32,000 bases of DNA from Oscillospiraceae bacterium (lineage in GTDB: Bacteria; Bacillota; Clostridia; Oscillospirales; Ruminococcaceae). A program made the position numbers and the translations under genes. The stretch is taken from contig JAEEXH010000007.1 in NCBI GenBank assembly GCA_016291435.1, positions 25,207-57,206 of the forward strand. Direction: 5' to 3'. This document shows, piece after piece, positions 9,075-15,711 of this stretch. The notes under the pieces were generated by a model. It saw only the letters and a program-made list of their open reading frames with translations, made no database searches and had not been told where the DNA came from. Within the stretch, counting starts at the first letter, position 1; each line of letters starts with the position of its first letter.

Positions 9075-9619
9075 TGTATGTTGCAATGGCAGAATCCGCA
9101 GCCGGCAATGTGATTATTCTTGTGCTTGCCGTTGTGATTGTCGGCGCGGTCTTTCTGTTCTATGATGCCCTGGACCGCTTGCTCGACGGCATCATTGAGT
9201 CGATCTCGAAGAATCTCGGCGGCGCGGATGCCGTGGTGAACGATATTGAATTCCGGCGTCTGGATTCGCATTTCAGAGCGGTTATCATCCCGATGGCGCA
9301 GATGCTCGAGATCCGCGATTTCAAGGAAACAGAGAAGCTCGGCGCAGCCGTGATTGCAGCGCAGAAGGAAGCGGAGATCACAGGCGCAGCCCCCGCCGCG
9401 CCGATGAGACCCGCAGCACCGGCGGCACAGCAGCAGCCGGCAGCGCCCGCATCAGCGCAGGAGCAGCAGCCCGCAGCACCGGCAGCGGAGCCTGCCTATT
9501 CAGAGCTTCCCTGCCCTTCCTGCGGTACGATGAACAATGCGCGTGCGCGGTTCTGCAAGGCGTGCGGCGGCAGAATGCAGCCCGATCAGCCGCCCGTCGA
9601 TCCGCCCGCAGAGCAGTAA
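9071..9619 (+). CDS. Cassette 2, gene C': TM protein with Pro/Ala/Gln-rich linker and C-terminal zinc ribbon
   Basis: 182 aa with an ATGA overlap onto B'. It has a TM helix and the LDRLLDGII and FRRLDSHF blocks shared with gene C. A low-complexity linker (AAPAAPMRPAAPAAQQQPAAPASAQEQQPAAPAAEPA) precedes the zinc ribbon CPSCG-x10-CKACG. Confidence 0.7.
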   Translation: MMYVAMAESAAGNVIILVLAVVIVGAVFLFYDALDRLLDGIIESISKNLGGADAVVNDIEFRRLDSHFRAVIIPMAQMLEIRDFKETEKLGAAVIAAQKEAEITGAAPAAPMRPAAPAAQQQPAAPASAQEQQPAAPAAEPAYSELPCPSCGTMNNARARFCKACGGRMQPDQPPVDPPAEQ

Positions 9620-9643
9620 ACGGCAATTTCATGCGCGGCACTA

Positions 9644-9672
9644 TTGAAAAAATTACTCCGATGTGGTATAAT
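9644..9672 (+). promoter_or_regulatory. Sigma-A type promoter for metG
   Basis: TTGAAA (9644-9649), a 17-nt spacer, then TGgTATAAT (TATAAT at 9667-9672). It lies 37 nt upstream of the ATG. Confidence 0.6.
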
Positions 9673-9708
9673 AAGCAGACAAAGATATTACCGAAAGGAC
9701 CGAATTGA

Positions 9709-11760
9709 ATGGCAAGACACAGAGGCGCTGCGGGCGATAAGCCGCAGTTTGAGATTCCGAGACCGCAGTTTCCGAAGCGCGCGGTCGTCACGGGCGGCAT
9801 GCCCTACGGCAATAAGGAGCTGCATTTCGGGCATGTCGGCGGCATGCTCGTGTTCGCCGATACCTATGCGCGGTTTCTGCGCGACCGCATCGGCAGCGAG
9901 AACGTGATCTTCGTTTCCGGCACCGACTGCTATGGCTCCCCGATCGCGGAGGGCTGGCGCAAGAAGGTCGAGAGCGGCGAGTTTGAAGGCACGCTTGAGG
10001 AATTTGTGCAGCGCAATCATGAGAAGCAGAAGGCGACCCTCGCCGCATACGGCATCGCACCCAATCTCTTCGGCGCATCCGGGCTCGGCCGCACAAAGGA
10101 GATTCACGCGGAGTATACGCTGGAATTTTTGCAGGCGCTCTATGACAAGGGGCAGCTTGAGCAGATCTCCACCATGCAGTTTTTCGATGAGAAGGCCGGC
10201 GTCTTCCTGAACGGCAGGCAGGTGACGGGCAAGTGTCCCGTGGCAGGCTGCCAGTCCGAGAAGGGCTATGCCGACGAATGCGATCTCGGGCATCAGTATA
10301 TGCCGGAGAACCTCATCGACCCGGTCTCTGCGCTGACCGGCGAGAAGCCGACCATGCGCCCTGTCACCAACTGGTATTTCAAGCTGCGCGACTATGAAGC
10401 ACTCATGCGCGAGTGGGTCGAAAAGATGCAGAAGGACAAGACAATCCGTCCGGTCGTCTGGAAGACCATCGCGGAATTCTTAAAGCCGCCTGCCATTTAC
10501 ATCAAGCGCGAGTTCGAGGAGAAGTATCTTTCGCTGAAAGACAGCATGCCCGCGCATACCTATCTTGAGGAGCCGAAAAAGCCCTCGTTCACGATCGAGT
10601 TCACCGCGCTTTCCGACTGCGATGACGCCTGCCGCATCCTCACGGAGAACGGCATCCGCTACCGCACCGGCAAGACGCTGGTGCCCTTCCGCCTGACCGG
10701 CAACATCGAGTGGGGCGTTCCCGCGCCGGTGCTGGAGGGCGCAGAGGGTCTGACCGTCTGGGTCTGGCCGGAATCGCTCTGGGCACCGATCTCCTTCACG
10801 CAGGCATATCTCGAGCAGTCGGGGAAGCCCCGTGCAGCGTGGAAGGACTACTGGTGCAGCCGCGATGCGAAGGTCTATCAGTTCATCGGGCAGGATAATA
10901 TCTATTTCTACGGCATCGCCGAGCCCGCCATGTGGATGGCGCAGCAGGCATCTGCCGAGAAGACCTGTGACCCGCCCGAGGGCGAGCTGCAAATGCCGAC
11001 CATCGTCGCGAATTATCATATTCTGTTCCTTGACAAGAAGGCGTCGAGCTCCGGCGCGGTCAAGCCCCCGATGGCAGACGATCTGCTGAACTACTACACC
11101 CCGGAGCAGCTCCGCATGCACTGGCTGGAGCTGGGTCTCGGGCAGCAGTCCGTGAGCTTCATGCCCAAGCCCTTCAATCAGCCGCTGCTTGAGGAAGAAG
11201 CACGCGCAAAGGAAGCGGGCACCGGCGAGAAGTTCCCCGACCCTGTCGTCAAGAATGCGCTGCTCTCGAATGTCTATAACCGCATCATCCGCACGGCGTT
11301 CTATACTGCGCAGAAGCTCTATGACGGTGTGCTCCCGGCTGTGCAGCCCGAAGAAGATGTGCTGGCAGAGGCAAAGAAGGCTGTGCTCGAATATGAACGC
11401 CACATGGCAAAGTTCGCGTTCCATCAGTGTACCTATGTGCTCGACGGCTATATCCGCAGCGCAAGCAAATATATGAGCCGCGTGCTGAAGGCGGATTCCG
11501 AGGCAAATGCTGAGACCGCACAGGCGCTCGCAAACCTCTTCCACATGATCCGCACGGCGGCGGTGCTCCTGCATCCGATGGCACCCTTCGGCACAGAGAA
11601 GGTGCGGGAATATTTGCAGGTTGACGAGCGCATCTGGTCCTGGGATCACATCTTTGAGCCGCTGACGGCGTTCACCGGCGAGAACCACAAGCTGAAATTC
11701 CTCCCGCCGCGCACGGATTTCTTCACGCGGCATGAGTCGCAGTTTGCAGAGGAAGCATGA
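9709..11760 (+). CDS. metG: Methionine--tRNA ligase (long, atypical form)
   Basis: 683 aa. The class I aaRS/MetRS pattern is GGMPYGNKELHFGHVGG...ADTYARFLRDRIG..V.FVSGTDCYGSPI. It has a connective-peptide knuckle (CPVAGC...ECDLGH) and the MetRS block FIGQDNIYFYGIAEPAMWMA. The KMSKS position reads KASSS. Confidence 0.8.
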   Translation: MARHRGAAGDKPQFEIPRPQFPKRAVVTGGMPYGNKELHFGHVGGMLVFADTYARFLRDRIGSENVIFVSGTDCYGSPIAEGWRKKVESGEFEGTLEEFVQRNHEKQKATLAAYGIAPNLFGASGLGRTKEIHAEYTLEFLQALYDKGQLEQISTMQFFDEKAGVFLNGRQVTGKCPVAGCQSEKGYADECDLGHQYMPENLIDPVSALTGEKPTMRPVTNWYFKLRDYEALMREWVEKMQKDKTIRPVVWKTIAEFLKPPAIYIKREFEEKYLSLKDSMPAHTYLEEPKKPSFTIEFTALSDCDDACRILTENGIRYRTGKTLVPFRLTGNIEWGVPAPVLEGAEGLTVWVWPESLWAPISFTQAYLEQSGKPRAAWKDYWCSRDAKVYQFIGQDNIYFYGIAEPAMWMAQQASAEKTCDPPEGELQMPTIVANYHILFLDKKASSSGAVKPPMADDLLNYYTPEQLRMHWLELGLGQQSVSFMPKPFNQPLLEEEARAKEAGTGEKFPDPVVKNALLSNVYNRIIRTAFYTAQKLYDGVLPAVQPEEDVLAEAKKAVLEYERHMAKFAFHQCTYVLDGYIRSASKYMSRVLKADSEANAETAQALANLFHMIRTAAVLLHPMAPFGTEKVREYLQVDERIWSWDHIFEPLTAFTGENHKLKFLPPRTDFFTRHESQFAEEA

Positions 11761-11948
11761 ATCAGATCCTATCGAGCCTTGTGAAGCTCGGCGTGACGGT
11801 CTACCTGCTCTTCGGCGGCTACACGCTTTTCTGCGGATTTCTTGAGAAAAGCCGAAAGAAAAAGATCGCAGGCGCGCTGATTCTTCTGATCCCGACTGTA
11901 ATCCTGATCACGCTGATCGTGATCCTCTCGAAAAAATACGGCGCATAA
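11757..11948 (+). CDS. Small hydrophobic protein (2 TM), unknown function
   Basis: 63 aa with an ATGA overlap onto the metG stop. It has two hydrophobic helices separated by KSRKKK and is followed directly by a terminator hairpin. Confidence 0.45.
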   Translation: MNQILSSLVKLGVTVYLLFGGYTLFCGFLEKSRKKKIAGALILLIPTVILITLIVILSKKYGA

Positions 11949-11952
11949 AAAA

Positions 11953-11977
11953 CCGCCCCCTCTGTCTGAGGGGACGG
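11953..11977. terminator. Hairpin between convergent genes (probable bidirectional terminator)
   Basis: CCGCCCCCTC-tgtct-GAGGGGACGG, a 10-bp stem with one mismatch. An A-run lies upstream on the plus strand. It sits between the stop at 11948 (+) and the stop at 11985 (-). Confidence 0.55.
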
Positions 11978-11984
11978 CTGCCTG

Positions 11985-12458
11985 TCAGTCCTGTAAGGCT
12001 ATGGCATGCTGCACGCTGTCGGCTTCTTCCTCGTAAGAAACGATGCCCTGCTGCTCCTGCGGACCGCCTGCGCTTTTGACCCCGGCAAGCAGGAAATATC
12101 CGACGGTGACGGCGATCAGGAACAGAACGGCGAGCGCGCCGATCGCGATGAAGACCGTGCGCACGGCTTTCCAGACGCGGTCGCTTCTGCGGTTGCGGAT
12201 GACGAGCTGCTCATTGAGCCGCGAGAGCTGCACGGCAAGCTCATTCTGATCCTGCGGCTGTTCGACGGGTGCGCCCAGCAGCCGGCTGACGGGTACCTCG
12301 AGCACCTCGGCGAGCTTTTGCAGCGCGTCCGCATCGGGGACAGAGAGCCCCTTTTCCCACTTGGAGACAGTCTGCCGCACGACGAATACGCGCGATGCAA
12401 GCTCCTCCTGCGACATGCCCTTTTCCTTGCGCAGGGCTTTCAGATTATCCTGTAACAT
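11985..12458 (-). CDS. XRE-family HTH regulator with C-terminal TM anchor
   Basis: I chose the start at 12458 (MLQDNLKALRKEKGMSQEELA) because an AAAGGAG RBS lies upstream of it. The track start at 12542 lacks one. It has the HTH_3 pattern SQEELA...RQTVSKWEKG and a C-terminal hydrophobic helix (VFIAIGALAVLFLIAVTVGYFLL). Confidence 0.8.
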   Translation of the reverse strand: MLQDNLKALRKEKGMSQEELASRVFVVRQTVSKWEKGLSVPDADALQKLAEVLEVPVSRLLGAPVEQPQDQNELAVQLSRLNEQLVIRNRRSDRVWKAVRTVFIAIGALAVLFLIAVTVGYFLLAGVKSAGGPQEQQGIVSYEEEADSVQHAIALQD

Positions 12459-12509
12459 GATGCACAGCTCCTTTCTGCGGAGGGGATCTTTGCCCTTCCC
12501 TTTGTGCTC

Positions 12510-12538
12510 AGTATAGCATACCGCGGGCTGTTGCGCAA
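12510..12538 (-). promoter_or_regulatory. Candidate promoter of the XRE regulator
   Basis: The minus strand reads TTGCGC (12538-12533), a 17-nt spacer, then TGcTATACT (-10 at 12515-12510). It lies about 50 nt upstream of the ATG. Confidence 0.45.
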
Positions 12539-12592
12539 GCAACGCAGATTAACATGTACGCAGATGCGTGGGTTTTCTGTGTCCGGGATGCA

Positions 12593-12937
12593 TTACGCAT
12601 TTTTCTTTGCTGTGTTCACAGAGGCGATCAGCATGCGCCGCATGGCACCGCAGGTTTTCAGAAGCGGCATTGCAGTATCATCTGCAATGAGTTCTGCACG
12701 CAGAAAAAGCTCCAGCCAGTATTCTGTTTCATAGCATTCTTTCAGGGAGATTTGCAGGCGGGCAACAAAATCCGCTTTGCTGTGCGCATATTTTGCTTCA
12801 CGGATATTAGCGCCGATGGAAGTAGCAGACCGTTCTAGCTGATTCCTGAGCGAATAGTGTCCGTGTATGGCGTCGCAGAGCTTCAAAATCGCTACGGCAA
12901 AGTCCATCGACATATCGGCGAGTTTATTATCTGGCAT
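12593..12937 (-). CDS. Four-helix-bundle protein (23S rRNA intervening-sequence protein / Avd-like family)
   Basis: I chose the start at 12937 (MPDNKLADMS) because an AAGGAG RBS sits 8 nt upstream. The family hallmarks are LRNQLERSATSIGANIREA, SKADFVARLQISLKECYETEYWLEL. GC content looks lower than in the flanks. Confidence 0.8.
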   Translation of the reverse strand: MPDNKLADMSMDFAVAILKLCDAIHGHYSLRNQLERSATSIGANIREAKYAHSKADFVARLQISLKECYETEYWLELFLRAELIADDTAMPLLKTCGAMRRMLIASVNTAKKNA

Positions 12938-12958
12938 TTTTCTCACTCCTTAAAGAAC

Positions 12959-13290
12959 GAAATCATTTGCCTTGCAAAAGATGAAGCCTGCAAGCAGATG
13001 AAATTCGCAGCGGAGCTGCGAAAGAAATAAATCCGCTCCACTCGCCTGCAGGCGATTTCATCCCGAAGGGATTTCACTGCGCGAAGGCAATATCTCCCGC
13101 GGAACGCGGATTGAAATGGAACGCAGGCTGAAAATGAAATCATTTGCTGCGCAAAAGATGAAACCTGCAAGCAGATGAAATTCGCAGCAGAGCTGCGAAA
13201 GCAATAAATCCGCTCCATTCGCCCGCAGGCGATTTCATCCCGAAGGGATTTCGCTGCGCGAAGCGCAATTTCTCCCGCGGAACGCGGATT
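12959..13290. repeat. Tandem direct repeat, two units of about 154 bp with a 177-bp period
   Basis: Unit 1 (12959-13112) and unit 2 (13136-13290) align with about 11 differences, including a 1-nt indel. Each unit contains four short palindromic hairpins: TTCGCAGC-gga-GCTGCGAA, TCGCCTGCAGGCGA, ATCCC-gaa-GGGAT and CCGCG-gaa-CGCGG. Confidence 0.9.
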
Positions 13291-13295
13291 TAATT

Positions 13296-13324
13296 GAAGC
13301 CCCATGCCTGGGGCATGGGGCTTC
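13296..13324 (-). terminator. Hairpin immediately 3' of tRNA-Arg
   Basis: GAAGCCCCATGCC-tgg-GGCATGGGGCTTC, a perfect 13-bp stem. It lies 4 nt after the tRNA 3' end and is followed on the minus strand by AATTAAAT. Confidence 0.7.
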
Positions 13325-13328
13325 AAAG

Positions 13329-13402
13329 TACGCCTGATGCGATTCGAACGCACGACCTTCAGAGTCGGAGTCTGACACTCTATCCAGCTGAGCTACAGGC
13401 GC
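13329..13402 (-). tRNA. tRNA-Arg (anticodon CCG)
   Basis: The reverse complement folds by hand into a 74-nt cloverleaf. The arms are acceptor GCGCCTG/CAGGCGT, D arm GCTC-AGCTGGATA-GAGT, anticodon arm TCAGA-CTCCGAC-TCTGA (anticodon CCG), variable loop AGGTC and T arm GTGCG-TTCGAAT-CGCAT. The discriminator is A and no CCA is encoded. Confidence 0.9.
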
Positions 13403-13434
13403 ATATATACCGTGCCGGAACCGGCACACCTACT

Positions 13435-13463
13435 ATTATACCAGATGGGAAGCATTTTTGCAA
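13435..13463 (-). promoter_or_regulatory. Promoter of tRNA-Arg
   Basis: The minus strand reads TTGCAA (13463-13458), a 17-nt spacer, then TGgTATAAT (-10 at 13440-13435). It lies about 32 nt upstream of the mature tRNA 5' end. A small hairpin (GTGCCGG-aa-CCGGCAC, 13412-13427) sits in the leader. Confidence 0.65.
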
Positions 13464-13523
13464 GCCCTTTTTCAAATTTTCTATGCGGAAAGAGAAAAAC
13501 ATCCGCAGGAAAGGAACAGGACA

Positions 13524-14111
13524 ATGAGCGATCAGGAAAAAAAGAAACCGTGTACCATCTATGTGGTCGTGACATGTACGGGAACGGGTATCGCAAAGGC
13601 GATCCGTGTTGTGACGCGCATGCCCTATTCGCATGCGTCGATCTCGCTGGATCAGACCCTCGATGTGCTTTACAGCTTCTGCCGCAGCTATCGCCTCTCG
13701 CCCCTGCCCGCAACCTTTAACCCGGAGATCGTCGGCACAGGCACCCTCGGCCGGTTCGACAACATCCCCTGCGAGATCTATGCGATCCCCGTGACAGAGG
13801 AGCAGTATCTCCGCATGAAGGGCATGATTGCCTATTTCTGTGCTTTCCGCCGCGATTTCTCTTACAGCCTGATGGGACTCATCTGGGTGAAGCTGCAAAA
13901 GGAGCGCGAGCTGAACCGCAAGTTTGTCTGCTCGCAGTTTGTCGCCTATCTGCTGGAGGAATGCGGCATCCAGCTCGACAAGGATCCGAGCCTCTATTCA
14001 CCCGATGATCTGCGCTATATTCCGGGCGCAAATCTTGTCTACCGCGGCGAGCTGAACCAATACTATCATGCGCTTCACACACTGCCGCCCCTGAGCTTTT
14101 CAGCCGTCTGA
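13524..14111 (+). CDS. Hypothetical protein, possible permuted papain-fold (YiiX/C92-like) hydrolase
   Basis: I chose the start at 13524 (MSDQEKKKP), which has RBS aggaaaggaa. A His-containing block (RMPYSHASISLD) comes before a Cys block (KFVCSQFVAYLLEECGI). That His-before-Cys order is the one seen in permuted NlpC/P60-like amidases. The assignment rests on motif resemblance only. Confidence 0.4.
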   Translation: MSDQEKKKPCTIYVVVTCTGTGIAKAIRVVTRMPYSHASISLDQTLDVLYSFCRSYRLSPLPATFNPEIVGTGTLGRFDNIPCEIYAIPVTEEQYLRMKGMIAYFCAFRRDFSYSLMGLIWVKLQKERELNRKFVCSQFVAYLLEECGIQLDKDPSLYSPDDLRYIPGANLVYRGELNQYYHALHTLPPLSFSAV

Positions 14112-14410
14112 TCGGCAAGCGTTTCGCAGTATGCGAGCGCCCGCAGCACGCATTTTGCCGTGCAGGGCGGGAGCTTGCTGCCGAGTGCATCTGCCTGCTC
14201 TGCGAGATCGGGCAGCTCCGGCGTGAGCGTCCATTCCCCGCCGCCGAGCGAGACGCTGCCCGCTTCCGTATATTGCGCCATGACCGGCTGTCCGCCGTAG
14301 AGCGTGCGGCGGGTCTGCTGTGCTGCGCGGAGCATCCCGAAGAGGAGCCCCGCTCCCGAGCAATAGATCAGTGCCGCATAGCATGCGGCTTTTTTTATGC
14401 GCTGCTGCAT
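14075..14410 (-). CDS. Small membrane protein co-transcribed with spoIIP (occupies the position of B. subtilis yqxA)
   Basis: 111 aa. The ATG is 5 nt after the spoIIP stop, and a GGAAGGAG RBS lies inside the spoIIP 3' end. It has one N-terminal hydrophobic helix. Any homology to YqxA/DUF3679 is inferred from position only. Confidence 0.5.
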   Translation of the reverse strand: MQQRIKKAACYAALIYCSGAGLLFGMLRAAQQTRRTLYGGQPVMAQYTEAGSVSLGGGEWTLTPELPDLAEQADALGSKLPPCTAKCVLRALAYCETLADQTAEKLRGGSV

Positions 14411-14415
14411 GTAAT

Positions 14416-15558
14416 TCAGTCTCCTTCCTGCTGCGCTGCAAGCTGCCGGATCGTTTCGGCGAGTGCCTTGCCGAGCAGCTCCCCGGCATATGTCGCCTCG
14501 TCGAGCGTGTTGCCCTGCGAGCCGACCTCGATGAGCAGGCTTGCGCCCCGTTCGCCGGTCAGATCCTGATTGTATTTGCGGTAATCGAACATGATCGGGC
14601 GGGTGAATCCGCTATACATTGTTTCCGCAGTCTGCTGCAATATACTCGCAAAATGAAAATTTGCGCGGTAATTCGGCAGATTCATTGTGCCGTCGTCGCA
14701 GCCGGAGATAATCATGATCTGCGCGGACTGCCGCCCGCCGATTTCGCAGACCGGCGCGGTGACGGTTGTGCCGGACGCGATCGCATCGCGGTGAATATCA
14801 AGCGAAATGCAGACACCCGGGTATTGCTCCTTCACGGCGCGCACGGTCTCCGCACTGCGGGTGTAGCTCTTGTTCCAGACGGGATAATCGTGAATCTCGC
14901 CCGCATGCACCACGCCGATGCCCGCTGCGGTGAGCTGTGCCGCAATCGCATCCCCGACGGCGACCATATTTTTGTCGGGCTCGGTCGTGCGGAAGTTATA
15001 CTGCGCATCGTAGATGCCCGCGTCGGTGAGCTGATAGCTTTCGGTGGTGTGCGTGTGATAGAGCAGCACCAGCGGTTTGCCGTCGATGTGCAGCGGGAGA
15101 TCGGGCAGAATGCGGCTTTCCGCGGCGAGATCGCTGTTCTGCCAGAAGGTCGTGTTGCGGACCTGTCCGCCGCCGTCCAGATCGAAGAACAGCTTGCCGG
15201 ACTGCCTGCCGAAATGCTTTTTGACGATCTGACCGGCAATGTCGGTGAGCGGGTTCAGATAGGGGCGGGCATTGTGCATCGCGGCGGAGGCGTCCGATTC
15301 AAAGGGCACCGCGCCGCTTTCGGGGGCAGACGCCAGCACCCGCGGCATCGTGACGGTCTGCGTTTCGGCGGGCGCGGCGGCGGTGACGGCAGCGGTGCTG
15401 CCCTCCGGCGGGGATGCCTCGCTGAGCTCGGCGGCGGCAGTTTCCCGCCCGACCTGCACCGACCGCATGACCGGGATGATCCGCATGCCCGCGGCGGCGC
15501 ATCCTGCGGCACCGAGCAGCACGGCAGTGATCTTCAAAGCACGCATTCTGAGACGCAT
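14416..15558 (-). CDS. spoIIP: Stage II sporulation protein P
   Basis: I chose the start at 15558 (MRLRMRALKITAVLLGAAGC), which has an AAAGGAG RBS 8 nt upstream. It has a signal/anchor helix and the SpoIIP hallmarks VLLYHTHTTESY, ISLDIHRDA and LLIEVGSQGNT. Confidence 0.85.
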   Translation of the reverse strand: MRLRMRALKITAVLLGAAGCAAAGMRIIPVMRSVQVGRETAAAELSEASPPEGSTAAVTAAAPAETQTVTMPRVLASAPESGAVPFESDASAAMHNARPYLNPLTDIAGQIVKKHFGRQSGKLFFDLDGGGQVRNTTFWQNSDLAAESRILPDLPLHIDGKPLVLLYHTHTTESYQLTDAGIYDAQYNFRTTEPDKNMVAVGDAIAAQLTAAGIGVVHAGEIHDYPVWNKSYTRSAETVRAVKEQYPGVCISLDIHRDAIASGTTVTAPVCEIGGRQSAQIMIISGCDDGTMNLPNYRANFHFASILQQTAETMYSGFTRPIMFDYRKYNQDLTGERGASLLIEVGSQGNTLDEATYAGELLGKALAETIRQLAAQQEGD

Positions 15559-15636
15559 GAGCAGCACTCCTTTCGCATGGAAGTATATGCGGCGCAGGCG
15601 GCGGTCATGCACCGGCTGCGGCAAACTATCGCGAAT

Positions 15637-15670
15637 CGTTCACAGTCCGTTCACAAATATCTGTTATACT
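15637..15670 (+). promoter_or_regulatory. Direct-repeat operator plus extended -10 promoter upstream of the two-component operon
   Basis: CGTTCACA occurs at 15637-15644 and again at 15648-15655, an 11-bp period. TGtTATACT follows (-10 at 15665-15670). No good -35 hexamer is present. It lies 42 nt upstream of the response-regulator ATG. Confidence 0.5.
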
Positions 15671-15711
15671 GAAATTATCTAAAATCCGGTGACGGGGAAA
15701 GGAATCCGCCT

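Noticed and set aside
9620-9708. T-box or other riboswitch leaders upstream of metG (9620-9708), asnB (27311-27362) and guaB (19719-19805).
   Set aside because: All three leaders are under 100 nt, too short for a T-box. I could not find specifier/antiterminator features or a purine-riboswitch core in them.
12593-13290. Diversity-generating retroelement: an Avd-like four-helix-bundle gene next to two near-identical 154-bp repeats that might be TR and VR.
   Set aside because: The roughly 11 differences between the units are a mix of C/T, G/A, A/C, T/G and an indel. They are not confined to adenines of one copy on either strand. No reverse transcriptase gene is in the window. Neither repeat lies at the 3' end of a credible target ORF.
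12959-13290. CRISPR array.
   Set aside because: There are only two units, each about 154 bp long, with a 23-bp spacer. That is far outside CRISPR repeat and spacer sizes, and there are no cas genes nearby.
12943-13353. 136-aa minus-strand ORF in the track that spans the tandem repeat.
   Set aside because: Its sequence is just the translated repeat (the same peptide appears twice). Its 5' end runs across the tRNA terminator hairpin and overlaps the 3' end of the tRNA-Arg gene (13329-13353), and it has no RBS. It is an artefact of an open frame in repeat DNA.
11985-13402. Integrated mobile element at the tRNA-Arg 3' end, suggested by the XRE regulator, the four-helix-bundle gene, the repeats and the somewhat lower GC content.
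   Set aside because: There is no integrase, recombinase or transposase gene, and I could not find a direct repeat of the tRNA 3' end to mark an att site. This may be a remnant, but the sequence alone does not support it.
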